Shown: positions 39,092 through 49,286, numbered from the stretch's first letter. The stretch: 64,000 nt of DNA from Promethearchaeota archaeon (GCA_016839555.1 JAEOUA010000011.1:128001-192000); one strand, 5' to 3'. Notes: generated by a model from the sequence alone, not told the origin. A program made the numbers and translations.

Positions 39092-40594
39092 TTAAATTTT
39101 ACTTTTCTCTAACTTCTTTTTAATAAGTTCAGGAATTTCGGAAATTTTTACTCGTATCTGATCCATTGAATCTCGGTCTCTAATTGTCGCACTATCATCT
39201 TCTAAGGAATCATAATCGATAGTCACACAAAATGGAGTACCGAGCTCATCTTGTCTTCTATATCTTTTACCAATTGATCCTGATTCATCATAAAAGGAGT
39301 TAATTAACCTATTCTGAAGGTTTTGATGGAGATTTAAGGCGAGATTTCTTATTGCCTCTTTATTTTTCACCAAAGGGAATACAGCAACTGTATTTGGTGC
39401 AAGAAAATTGTTTAATTGTAAATTAATTCTGCCATCTTCCACCATAAAGGTTGTTTCAAGTAATGTATAAATAATACGATCGTTTCCAAACGCTGTTTCA
39501 AGAATTTGAGGTATTTCTTTTTCTTGGGAATCTGAATCCATCGCAACCTCAAAACTTTGGTTAGAGAATTCTGCATGCCTTCTTAAATCATAATCAGTCC
39601 TATCGTGGATTCCACATATCTCTACCCAATCGAATTGTTCAGTTTTGATCTCCAAATCCCACGCATCATCAGCGTAGTGCGCTCTCTCATTTGGACTATG
39701 CTGGCGGTATCTAATAACATTATTAGAATACCCTAATTTTTTAGTTAAATAGTGAGCGATAAAAAGGCAATAAGCAAATGCTGGTTTTTTAAGAATTTTA
39801 ATTTTTATGGCATCTTTTAAACTAATTAAATTGGGCTTTTCGATATTTTCTTCTTGTACTTTCCAATCCAATAAAGGTAATTGGTTATCTTTAACCTCCT
39901 CGAATGGTTCAAAATTATATTCTTGCTTTTTGCTAATGAACATCTGTATTTCGAACTGATCAAAGGATCTCATTCTTAAGACTCCTTGCCGTGGAGAAAT
40001 TTCATTTCTATAAGCTTTCCCGTATTGAAACACTTTTAGTGGATATTGTCGTCTCATTACTTGGTCTAATCTATTAAATAATAAATATGTGGTTGTTGCG
40101 GTCTCTGGTCTCAAATATACGATTGTATCTGTTCCTACTTTAGTTTCTAGCATTAAATTATATTCCTCAATATTCTCGAATTGACTACCACAACTTGGAC
40201 AAGTAAGATTATTTTCTCTGATAAGATTTTCCATCTCTTTATAAGAAAGACCATCTATCATTTGATTGGGTAATACTTTCTTAAGAAATTTATCTACTCG
40301 ATAAACGGAATTGCATTTTTTACAATTAAGAACAGGATCAATAAATCTTTCTAGATGACCTGATGCCTCCCAAACGATTTCAGGCATAATTGTTGGGCAC
40401 TCAACTTCTCCAAAACCCATTGCTCGTAGTTCTTTTCTAAAAATGGATAAGATATTATTTTTAAGTGCCATTCCTGCCGGTCCATAGGAGTAAAATCCTG
40501 CTAATCCACCATATATTTCTGGAGAGGGCCCCCAAATAAATCCACGACGTTTAAGTAGGCTATTGAATGTTTCTATATTATCTTTAATTTTCAT
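39092..40594 (-). CDS. glyS: Glycine--tRNA ligase (archaeal/eukaryotic alpha2 type)
   Basis: RRGF...EIYGG, ASGH, LRPETA, RNEISPRQG, AHYA, RTDYDL and SIGKRYRRQDELGTP. Confidence 0.96.
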   Translation of the reverse strand: MKIKDNIETFNSLLKRRGFIWGPSPEIYGGLAGFYSYGPAGMALKNNILSIFRKELRAMGFGEVECPTIMPEIVWEASGHLERFIDPVLNCKKCNSVYRVDKFLKKVLPNQMIDGLSYKEMENLIRENNLTCPSCGSQFENIEEYNLMLETKVGTDTIVYLRPETATTTYLLFNRLDQVMRRQYPLKVFQYGKAYRNEISPRQGVLRMRSFDQFEIQMFISKKQEYNFEPFEEVKDNQLPLLDWKVQEENIEKPNLISLKDAIKIKILKKPAFAYCLFIAHYLTKKLGYSNNVIRYRQHSPNERAHYADDAWDLEIKTEQFDWVEICGIHDRTDYDLRRHAEFSNQSFEVAMDSDSQEKEIPQILETAFGNDRIIYTLLETTFMVEDGRINLQLNNFLAPNTVAVFPLVKNKEAIRNLALNLHQNLQNRLINSFYDESGSIGKRYRRQDELGTPFCVTIDYDSLEDDSATIRDRDSMDQIRVKISEIPELIKKKLEKSKI

Positions 40595-40856
40595 ATTTAC
40601 AACTAATTAAGTTTTATTTTTAATAATCAAATTTGCTATTAAAATCTCAATATATGATAAATTAAACCACTTAAGTAAAATTTCCTATAATTTTGAAAAA
40701 ACTAAGAAATCAATTATTTTTCAACATTACTTATTAAAATCCAATAATGATAAATAAAAAATATACGTAAAGATTAAATGCGAAAAAGAAAAGTAAAAAA
40801 TATATATGTATCACTTATATTATTATTATTAAATTATATTGATAACTTGATCAATT

Positions 40857-41684
40857 ATGATTTCTCAAATATTCCAACAAATAAACTTTTTTGAAATGAT
40901 TTATTTTGGGTTTGTTGATTCAATTGAATTAGGATTGTATTTCGTTGTGATTGGTTATTATTTCCTTATTTTCGCCTATTTTTTAATAATGAGGTTTCGC
41001 GTATCGAAAAAATTATATTGGTTATTCTTCTCACTATTATTTCTTATCTTATCAATTTCTAGAGGCTTTTTTATAATTTATTATTTCTATGCCCCAGAAA
41101 CTCATAGTGCGATTTTAATAATGCTTAATTACAGATTGGCCTTATTTTTTACATGGATCGCCATATCATGTTTAATGGGCATGTTGGGGATCTTTCTTTT
41201 TCCCCCAGAAGGTAATTTAGAAAAAAAATCTGTAGATAAAACTAAAGAATACATCAAATATGCTGTTAGATTAGTATTGATTATATCCCCTATTGTTATA
41301 GGGATTGTGGCATTGACCTTGCCAGATAGATTATTAATTGATGTTGAATTCTTAAAACAATTTTTTATTTTCACATCAATTGAGCCATCCACTATAGCAG
41401 GGTATCCCGCTGGACGCTTTATAATAAATTTAATTTTCCAACCACTATTTAACTTTTTAGTACCAATTATGTTTTTCTATTTGGCGAAAAAAACTTTTGG
41501 AGTACTTAGAAGGTCGTATTTGATAAATGGAATTGGTTTTCTTTTATATTACATTGGAAGGCTCTCTTATAGTATTTTTGGTGCTTTAAATTTACCCCAC
41601 ACCCAAGCCATTTTACCTCCTCTGATTATTTTATTATCATTACTCATAATTGTAATCGCAAATAGTTTTGAAGCATTAAAATAA
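40857..41684 (+). CDS. Hypothetical membrane protein with about 7 TM segments
   Basis: About seven hydrophobic segments and no large soluble domain. Confidence 0.7.
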   Translation: MISQIFQQINFFEMIYFGFVDSIELGLYFVVIGYYFLIFAYFLIMRFRVSKKLYWLFFSLLFLILSISRGFFIIYYFYAPETHSAILIMLNYRLALFFTWIAISCLMGMLGIFLFPPEGNLEKKSVDKTKEYIKYAVRLVLIISPIVIGIVALTLPDRLLIDVEFLKQFFIFTSIEPSTIAGYPAGRFIINLIFQPLFNFLVPIMFFYLAKKTFGVLRRSYLINGIGFLLYYIGRLSYSIFGALNLPHTQAILPPLIILLSLLIIVIANSFEALK

Positions 41685-41815
41685 ATAGAATTAAAAAAAA
41701 AAAAATTATTAATTTACTTAATATATATAGCATTTTTAACCATGATTATATTAAATTAATGATAATTAATTTTAAATTGTAATATTCCTATAAAATCTAT
41801 ATAGAGGTATAAAAA

Positions 41816-43480
41816 ATGTCAGTACATGGAGACCAGTACCTTCTACCATTATTTCTTGAAAAATCTTCAAATCGTCCAATGTTTCAAGTGGATGAGGAAA
41901 AAATTAATGATGAAATTTGTCTCGCATTTTATTTATTAACGAGAAATCTTAGAGACAATCAAAAAATTCTTTCCTTTGCGAGACTGGCTTGGCCATTTTT
42001 AGCAATACAAGGTGTTTCTAAGCCTGAATCCACTCATATATTTTTAGACGGGATCCAAATTCTCTCAAAAAAGGATAAATTTACTAACCCTCCTCGCAAG
42101 CCATTGATCGGACATTTAATTCGCAATGTAGATAATCTTTCAGAAATAGAGCAATTAAAAAAAATAATAGAAATACTAAAATATGAAGATAAGGATGCCA
42201 AAAAAATTGGTGAAGGGGAAAACGCAGAATTTCAAGAATTTCAAATAAAGAGTTTGGTAAATCCTGAGTTTTTAGATGCTCTAAAAATATTAATCCCTCA
42301 TTTAGAATATAAACCTATCAAAAATTTTGGTCAACTTGATACGGGATTATCAACTGAGAAAGCTTTAGACATTTCCGAGGGATATAGAGGTACTATTGAA
42401 AAATTAAGAGGAAATGCACTTAGATGGAAAGAAGAAATTGAGTTGATAAGCAATGAACTTGATAAAATGCTTAAAAATTTGAATTTACAAATTAAAGATG
42501 CAAGCTTACGTTATGATTCTGAAATTGCCAAACTTTCATTTAGTATTGATGAGGAAGCAGTAACAGAGCAAATTAATTTAAAACAAGATGAATTGAGTCA
42601 ATATAAAAGAAAAGAAAAGAAAAATCTTATTGATAATATCGCAGTTTTATTTAAAAATATTGATAGTGATATAGAAACGATTCTTAAAAAAAACAAATTT
42701 TTTAGTAATGAAGAAATGCTTATAAGAAAAGCTTTTGATGATCTTATACCTAATATAAAGGATCATATTGATTTTTTAAGAGTCCAAGGAAAATATTATC
42801 TATCCTCATTGGATACGATTGAAGATAAAATTCAGATGATTATAAATAAAGCAGATGATATCAATCGAGAGGGTGAACAAAGATTAGAACAATATAAAGA
42901 GGAGGTAAATCAACAATTAAGGGAACGGGATCAACAAATAGCAGCTAAAAAAGAAGAAAAACAGGCAGAAATCGAAAAATTGGAAAATTTAAAAAATAGT
43001 ATCGAGGAAATATTTTCACAGATTAAGCAAATAATCAATATAAAGCAACAAGATTGCTTGAATGAAGCACAAGAATTAATTGCGTGGTCCCTCAGAGATA
43101 CAGAAATAGAAGAGATAAAAATGCCCATTCAATGGATTTATATGCCATTTTACGCGATGTTTATAGAAGATCAAGACTTATTAGAAGAAAATATGATTAT
43201 AGTATTGCCAGGATATATTAATAAAAATTCTGATGAAATATATAAAGATCTTTCCGAAGCATTTTCAGAATTAAAAAAGAATATAAGTGAGAAAATCGAG
43301 GATGATATGGCAATTCGCTCTAATTTCGAATTTAGTGTGGAAAATAATAATTATCTAAAGGATGAGAAATTTAAAGAGAAATTAGAAAAAGGTTTAAATC
43401 TTCTAAAAGAAAAAAATATTATAACTTACAATATAGAAAATCAAATCAATTATACACTTAATAAAATTGATTTAGAATAA
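41816..43480 (+). CDS. Long coiled-coil protein with globular N- and C-termini
   Basis: Heptad-rich E/K/Q/L/I region from about aa 190 to 425; no Walker A motif. Confidence 0.75.
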   Translation: MSVHGDQYLLPLFLEKSSNRPMFQVDEEKINDEICLAFYLLTRNLRDNQKILSFARLAWPFLAIQGVSKPESTHIFLDGIQILSKKDKFTNPPRKPLIGHLIRNVDNLSEIEQLKKIIEILKYEDKDAKKIGEGENAEFQEFQIKSLVNPEFLDALKILIPHLEYKPIKNFGQLDTGLSTEKALDISEGYRGTIEKLRGNALRWKEEIELISNELDKMLKNLNLQIKDASLRYDSEIAKLSFSIDEEAVTEQINLKQDELSQYKRKEKKNLIDNIAVLFKNIDSDIETILKKNKFFSNEEMLIRKAFDDLIPNIKDHIDFLRVQGKYYLSSLDTIEDKIQMIINKADDINREGEQRLEQYKEEVNQQLRERDQQIAAKKEEKQAEIEKLENLKNSIEEIFSQIKQIINIKQQDCLNEAQELIAWSLRDTEIEEIKMPIQWIYMPFYAMFIEDQDLLEENMIIVLPGYINKNSDEIYKDLSEAFSELKKNISEKIEDDMAIRSNFEFSVENNNYLKDEKFKEKLEKGLNLLKEKNIITYNIENQINYTLNKIDLE

Positions 43481-43738
43481 ATCTTATTAACTTTATTAAA
43501 TCATTAATATATTATATATAATTGATTGAACCAATTTTTTCCTTACCATTTCCAAAAACTTTTATCTTTATTCTTCATAACTAAAAATTGAATTTTCAGT
43601 TTCGTATTAGATTTATAAAAATTGAGATTGTCTCATTTTAAAATTTACTTAGGACTTGCTAAGAACTTTAAACGATTTAGAATTATTTGATAGTTAAGAT
43701 AAAAAATTTTTTCTATATCAAAAAATTTTAATAAATGT

Positions 43739-44389
43739 ATGCCTAGTAAACCCAAATTAGATCTAAAGAAAAATCGGATTAGAGCTTTTTTCCATTCTTT
43801 AGGAACACATGAAAAAGGAGAGCTTACTGAGGAAATTCAAAAGATTGAAAAAGAGGGAATGGCATATATTCAATTACGCCTTCCAGTAAAGCGTATAACT
43901 GAAGAATTTGAAAATAAAGTAAAAGAAAAAGTAGAACATAATGTTATAAAAGCAGAAATACGAGAAGCCTCCTACCATGATTTGCCAAGCATAAAAGATA
44001 TTTATAATAAAGCGTGGTTGACCAGCAGCACACCTTTTAGAGCTATTGATATTGATACCTTAGGAATTATTTTAGAAGATGAGGACACGGTGTTTTTAAT
44101 AGCAAAAGTATATGGTAGAGATGCAGGCTTTATTATTCTGGATTTTGAAGAAGGAGGAAAAATTGGTACAATTGCTGGGTTAGGTGTATTACCTCGCTTT
44201 CAGAGAAAAGGTTTAGGTACCATGATGGGTATAGCAGCTTGGAATTATTTCAAAGAACACTATCCAAAAATTGAAGAATTAAGGGCGGAAGTATACCAAA
44301 AAAATGAAGTTTCTTATAATTTCATAAAAGGATTAGGTTTTGAAGAATTTGATATAAAATATTATAGGAAGGAAGATTTCGAAGTTTAA
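43739..44389 (+). CDS. GNAT acetyltransferase (paralog 1)
   Basis: LGVLPRFQRKGLGT (motif A) and NEVSYNFIKGLGF. Confidence 0.9.
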   Translation: MPSKPKLDLKKNRIRAFFHSLGTHEKGELTEEIQKIEKEGMAYIQLRLPVKRITEEFENKVKEKVEHNVIKAEIREASYHDLPSIKDIYNKAWLTSSTPFRAIDIDTLGIILEDEDTVFLIAKVYGRDAGFIILDFEEGGKIGTIAGLGVLPRFQRKGLGTMMGIAAWNYFKEHYPKIEELRAEVYQKNEVSYNFIKGLGFEEFDIKYYRKEDFEV

Positions 44390-44492
44390 CAAATACTCTT
44401 ACTTTTGAATCTTACTTTTAATTGAAAATTATATTCTTTAGATAAAAAACATTCAATAGATTAAAAAATTAGAATTTATCTATTTAAAACTT

Positions 44493-45122
44493 ATGCCAGA
44501 AACTTTAAAAGAAAAGAGAATTAGAACTTTTTTTCAGAGTTTTGAGGAGAAATCTATAGAAGTAAAAGCAGAAGAAAAAGAAGAAGAAATTTGTCTTGAA
44601 TATATACAAATGAAATTACCAGTAGAGAATATAACAGAAGAATTTGAAGCAGAGATTACTGCTAAAGTAAAAAAAAATTTCTTAAATGCTAAAATTAGAA
44701 CGGCAAGTAAAGATGATCTAGAAAGTGTTTTAAGAATTCATAATCGGGCATGGCTCACAGCAAATGAACCTTTTCGACCAATAGAATTAGAATCTCTTGA
44801 GAAGATTTATGAATATCCTGAAACAGAGATTTTAATAGCAAAAGTATATGGTGATGACGGAGGATTTATTATGCTTGATTTTGAAGATGATGGAAAAATA
44901 GGAATAATTGCAGGATTAGGCATATTACCTCGCTTTCAAAGAAAAGGATTAGGAACTGTACTAGGGGTTGCCGCTTGGAACTATTTTAAAAAGAGGGGTG
45001 TAGAAGAATTACGGTGTGAAGTCTATAAGGATAATTCGGCATCATATTCCTTTATAAAATCATTGGGATTTAAAGAATATGGTAGAAAGAAATATACCAA
45101 AGAGGATTTCGCATTAGAGTAA
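44493..45122 (+). CDS. GNAT acetyltransferase (paralog 2)
   Basis: LGILPRFQRKGLGT and NSASYSFIKSLGF; clearly homologous to the upstream gene. Confidence 0.9.
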   Translation: MPETLKEKRIRTFFQSFEEKSIEVKAEEKEEEICLEYIQMKLPVENITEEFEAEITAKVKKNFLNAKIRTASKDDLESVLRIHNRAWLTANEPFRPIELESLEKIYEYPETEILIAKVYGDDGGFIMLDFEDDGKIGIIAGLGILPRFQRKGLGTVLGVAAWNYFKKRGVEELRCEVYKDNSASYSFIKSLGFKEYGRKKYTKEDFALE

Positions 45123-45201
45123 TTTAGGTTAATTATTTATTAATTTATAGTTATAATTTTAATCTTTTTTATTAATTTCGAGATCTTAGGGAGTTGTTTT
45201 T

Positions 45202-45810
45202 TTGCTAGATAATAAAAAATTGCAGAGATATAATAGAGAATTTTTTAGTGGTAATACAAAGATTATTGCACAAAATCTTATAGGCAGTTATTTAATCAGG
45301 AAAGCTAAAAAAGGCGTAATGGTTGGAAAAATAATCGAAACTGAAGCATACTTAGGGCCAAATGATAAAGCGTGTCATACTTTTAGGTATAAAAAAACTA
45401 AAAGAACCAAGACGATGTATGAAATACCTGGCACATGGTATGTTTATCTTATTTATGGGATGTATCATTGTCTTAATATAATCACGGAACCAGAAGGAAT
45501 CCCTTGTGCAGTACTGATAAGACAATTATATCCTATAGATGGTATTGATTTAATGAAAAAAAATAGAGATACAAAAATAGGTAAAAATTATAAAAATCTT
45601 TTAGATGGTCCTGGAAAATTATGCTTAGCCTTTGATATAACCAAGGAAAAATTTAATGGAAAAGATTCATGCGCTTCAGATGCCAAATTATTTTTAACAA
45701 AAGGAGAAAACATTAAGCCGTTAGAAATCTCTTCCCATAAACGGATTGGAATTGACTATGCTGAAGAAGATAAAGATAAACTACTAAGATTTAAATTAGA
45801 AGAAGAATAA
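45202..45810 (+). CDS. mpg: 3-methyladenine DNA glycosylase (MPG/AAG family)
   Basis: IIETEAY, DKACH, YVYLIYGMYHCLN, AVLIR, GPGKL and RIGI. Confidence 0.94.
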   Translation: MLDNKKLQRYNREFFSGNTKIIAQNLIGSYLIRKAKKGVMVGKIIETEAYLGPNDKACHTFRYKKTKRTKTMYEIPGTWYVYLIYGMYHCLNIITEPEGIPCAVLIRQLYPIDGIDLMKKNRDTKIGKNYKNLLDGPGKLCLAFDITKEKFNGKDSCASDAKLFLTKGENIKPLEISSHKRIGIDYAEEDKDKLLRFKLEEE

Positions 45811-45877
45811 TTATTTTACCTAATGTTTATAAGATTATTTTTTTAAAAAAATCACTTTGGAATTTTAATAGAAAAAA

Positions 45878-46720
45878 TTAATCCTTTTTTAGTAATTCTT
45901 TTTTAAGAAATGCATCTAATTCTGAATTTGAATTATAAGCAATTAGAGGTAAGAGTAGATCCATGGAAAGATCATGATCTAACTTTTCTCCATTTATCTT
46001 AAATATTTTTCCTCCCGCTTCCTTAACAATTAAATAGCCTGCTGCCATATCTACTAATCTTATTCCTTTTCTGAAATCAATGTATCCATCAAGACCGCCT
46101 TTAGCAAGATGGCATAAACTTAAAGCAACACTACCCATTACTCTAATTCTATATAACTTATTAAATATGGAGCGATAATCTTTTAATTTTTTTCTAAGAT
46201 TCCATAAATAAAAATCAACTTCAAATATTAATTGATCAGATAAACCTCGTTCAGAAACCGTTATTTTTTTATTATTATAGAATGCTCCTTCTCCTTTTTT
46301 TGCCCAAAAGAGATCTTTTGTCGAGAGATCCAGAACAATTGCTAATTTAATATCCTCTAATTTTTTTCCCTCCGCATAGGCTATAGAGACACTATAGAAA
46401 GGTATAGCCCTAATTGAATTAGTTGAACCGTCAATAGGATCAACAATTAGTTTTCTTTCGGTTTTTTGTGCTTTTATTTTATTTCCTATATATTTTTTGC
46501 CAATTTCTTCACTGAGTAATAAAATGTCTATTTTGTTTTTTTCCAATTCTTTAATAATAGTACTTTCTGCTAAGGTATCAATCCTCATGCTTATATCACC
46601 ACCTGCGCCACGACTTAATTCTGTAGCGCCCTCTTTAGTCCCAATCAATGGTGCGACGTTTTCATGAACCTTTAACACTAAATTTTTTAGAAAATCTATA
46701 TCTATTTCTTTTGAGCTCAT
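45878..46720 (-). CDS. suhB: Inositol monophosphatase / FBPase-IMPase family
   Basis: GAGGD, LSEE, VDPIDGSTN, RVMGS and DMAAG-x-LIVKEAGG. Confidence 0.9.
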   Translation of the reverse strand: MSSKEIDIDFLKNLVLKVHENVAPLIGTKEGATELSRGAGGDISMRIDTLAESTIIKELEKNKIDILLLSEEIGKKYIGNKIKAQKTERKLIVDPIDGSTNSIRAIPFYSVSIAYAEGKKLEDIKLAIVLDLSTKDLFWAKKGEGAFYNNKKITVSERGLSDQLIFEVDFYLWNLRKKLKDYRSIFNKLYRIRVMGSVALSLCHLAKGGLDGYIDFRKGIRLVDMAAGYLIVKEAGGKIFKINGEKLDHDLSMDLLLPLIAYNSNSELDAFLKKELLKKD

Positions 46721-46946
46721 ATTTAACTAAATTTAGTTTCCCCATATTATTTTTTCGAAAATTCCCCAAATAAAGATGAAATATACCACTATTTTAACCT
46801 AAAATACCCACTGATTATTTCAATTATTTATTGATAATTTAATGGTTTATCCACTTTAAACTCGATAAGAATTTTAATCTTAAATTATTTTTTTATTCTT
46901 TCTTTTAATATATGTTTAGCTACATTATTTTTTTCTTTTTTAATTT

Positions 46947-47492
46947 TCATATTAAATTCTTTTTGAAGTACTGTGATAATTCTTTCATCCAATTCGGCCA
47001 TTTTATGTTAGAAGGAGCATCATAAGAAGGATGGTGAAATTTTATATCAATTATGGGGCTTCCATCAAGAGCATCCAAGCCTTTTACTTTTAATATATTT
47101 TTTTTCCTTTCTAAAAGCTCTACTGTTGTAGAGCAAATAGGATTTGGTCTAGATGGACTTCTAGTGGCAAATACTCCCACCAATGGAAGTTTTTTTTGCC
47201 CTGTGGGATGAACTTTTCTGACTGCCCGACCTTCATCGCCTATATTATGCGACCAATATAGATCCATTATATGAGAAAAATCCTCTATTCCATCTAAACA
47301 CTCTTCCTATTCTTCTTTAATAATAAGTTCTGATATACTCTCTTTACCAGTCTTTGTCTTAGTTAAAATTTCTTCATCAAGTTCGAGATCTTGATCTTGA
47401 TAAGTTAGCGAAGCTTCTTTATAAGTGCTCTTTACTATCCCAATAGGTCTGATAAAATAATTTTCTAGTTTATTTTCTATTTTTCCTGTCAT
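46947..47492 (-). pseudogene. trmO: TrmO/TsaA tRNA m6t6A37 methyltransferase interrupted by an in-frame TAG at 47307-47309
   Basis: The two tracked ORFs are in one frame: IRPIGIV...KEE*EECLDGIEDFSHI...W-x-H...GVFATRSPSRPNPI...GLDALDGSPIIDIK. Confidence 0.85.
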
Positions 47493-47545
47493 TTTTAAAC
47501 GAAATCACTCCTATCAAATCTATTGTTTTTTTTCTCTGATTTTTA

Positions 47546-48079
47546 TCACTTAATTTTTTTGAAGTTTAATATTTTGCCTTTCTCTATATGATCTTCATGA
47601 ACAACTTTTATAGTATATTCGCTTTCTAAACTAAAGCCGGTTGCTTTCATTTTTTCTTTAAAGTATTTTATACCATTTGAACTTATATGGGTGGGAAAAA
47701 CAGAAATCATGGCGTTTTCTTTTCCTACCTTATAGACCTCCTTCAATAAATTTTCCGTTTTTTTATCACGTGGACTAAAATACCAAAAGATATCATAGAG
47801 AAGAACAACATCTACTCTATTTGGTAAATAGATACCTAATTCTACATCTTTTTCAATTATTTTTATATTCTGTAATTTTTCTAAGTTGATTTTCTTTTTC
47901 AACTCGTCTAATTTACTATTGCTTCTATCTATTGCATAAACTAAACCTCCTTTACCAATTAATTTTGCAGCAGGAATTGTATAAGTGCCATCACCACAAC
48001 AACAATCCAATACTGTCTGGCCCTTACTAATTCCTATAGTTTTCAGAGCTTGTTCAGCATATGCTTTTAAATCTCTCAA
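47546..48079 (-). CDS. Class I SAM-dependent methyltransferase
   Basis: VLDCCCGDG motif I, VYAID and VDVV. Confidence 0.85.
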   Translation of the reverse strand: MRDLKAYAEQALKTIGISKGQTVLDCCCGDGTYTIPAAKLIGKGGLVYAIDRSNSKLDELKKKINLEKLQNIKIIEKDVELGIYLPNRVDVVLLYDIFWYFSPRDKKTENLLKEVYKVGKENAMISVFPTHISSNGIKYFKEKMKATGFSLESEYTIKVVHEDHIEKGKILNFKKIK

Positions 48080-48294
48080 TTTTTATCTCAATACGAGAAT
48101 CTTATTTTTTTATAATTTCAGAATATTTTATTATATACTTAGAAAAAATAGAAGATTTTAGTTTTATTGCAATTTTATCTTTTTTATTCAAGATTGCTCC
48201 TAAGTATAGTAATGAAAAACTATTTTTTATTCTTTTTTTAAATATATAAGATTAGATTTCAACAAATTTTACTATATAATTTTAATGGAAATTG

Positions 48295-48810
48295 TTAACT
48301 TGCTTTTTCATCATTTACAATTTCTTTTAATTGCGAATGATCGGTTTGTATTGCATCAATAAAGCTATTTTGAAAGACTAATTTAGGACCTTTTTTCAAT
48401 TTCATCCTTGTATATATCTTGTCAATATTATTAGAGCTTAACCAATCCGAAATTAAAATCCCTTTTCTCTTTTCTCTATCAACATATTTATTTTTTAAAA
48501 CTTCAATTTTTGATAATTCCCCATTTTCTAATTCTAAAAGTCCAAAAAAAGGAGCTTCACCATATCGCTCATGAATGTGAGAGTTTAATCCATCATTGTT
48601 TTCTAATGGTACAGCTATTTTACTTGTTTTAACTTTTTGAATACTTGTTGTTATAACGATTTTAAAAATTTCACGAAATTGCTGTTGGATTTTATTTGAT
48701 AACTTTTTTTTTAGTAAATCTACTTTTGAAAGTGGCAGATCTTTACTTAATTTTAAATCTGCTTCTAAAAAATTATATTTACCATATGCTCTAATCTCTA
48801 AATTATCAAT
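48295..48810 (-). CDS. CDF C-terminal (dimerisation)-like domain fused to a NifB/NifX-like domain; no canonical start, possibly a remnant
   Basis: Not in the track. Manual translation gives IDNLEIRAYGKYNFLEADL...KIAVPLENNDGLNSHIHERYGEAPFF...N...KRKG...KKGP...KAS*. There is an in-frame TAA at 48814-48816. Confidence 0.7.
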   Translation of the reverse strand: MDNLEIRAYGKYNFLEADLKLSKDLPLSKVDLLKKKLSNKIQQQFREIFKIVITTSIQKVKTSKIAVPLENNDGLNSHIHERYGEAPFFGLLELENGELSKIEVLKNKYVDREKRKGILISDWLSSNNIDKIYTRMKLKKGPKLVFQNSFIDAIQTDHSQLKEIVNDEKAS

Positions 48811-48833
48811 ACTTTAAACTCATTTTTTTGTCT

Positions 48834-49286
48834 CTATTCCTTTTTTTCTTTTTTCTCTGTGAAATCTCTTTCACTTAAAAATTCATTTGTAGCAAATTCA
48901 ATTTTCTCTGTTAGTAGATGACTTAATAATAAGGTTAATAATTTACTATCTGGAAACTTTAAATCATTACTATAAGAGCCAATTTCAAAAGTAAAAATGC
49001 TTTTCGAAGAGTCTTTCCAATATACAAAAATTTCAGTACTTTCTTGGTTGAATATATGATATCCGCGCCAACTATCTAATTTTTGTTCTAAGACCTCTAT
49101 AATACAAATAATTTCATTTAAGCTTATTTTTATCGTCTTTCCTTCCTTTTGTGAAAGCTTTTCCCAATCTCCATTTCCTTTCTTTTTTATAGATGTAAGA
49201 AAAATATAGGGAATTTTTTTGCCAGGACTTTCCAAAATTAGTGCTGTTTTATTTCCCCAAAAAGATTTTTTATGAATATCTGCCAA
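48834..49286 (-). CDS. Hypothetical protein (possible PC4/Whirly-like fold)
   Basis: 150-aa ORF with a TTG start; beta-rich with W...GKTIKISLNEI. Confidence 0.65.
   Translation of the reverse strand: MADIHKKSFWGNKTALILESPGKKIPYIFLTSIKKKGNGDWEKLSQKEGKTIKISLNEIICIIEVLEQKLDSWRGYHIFNQESTEIFVYWKDSSKSIFTFEIGSYSNDLKFPDSKLLTLLLSHLLTEKIEFATNEFLSERDFTEKKEKKE

Noticed and set aside
41816-43480. SMC/Rad50 or ESCRT-III assignment for the coiled-coil protein
   Set aside because: It has no Walker A/B, signature, hinge or zinc-hook motif, and its size and layout do not fit Snf7.
2098-48836. Genome-wide TAG reassignment suggested by the trmO amber codon
   Set aside because: TAG terminates conserved genes at their expected C-termini (rpl35ae, mtd), so any readthrough would have to be site-specific.
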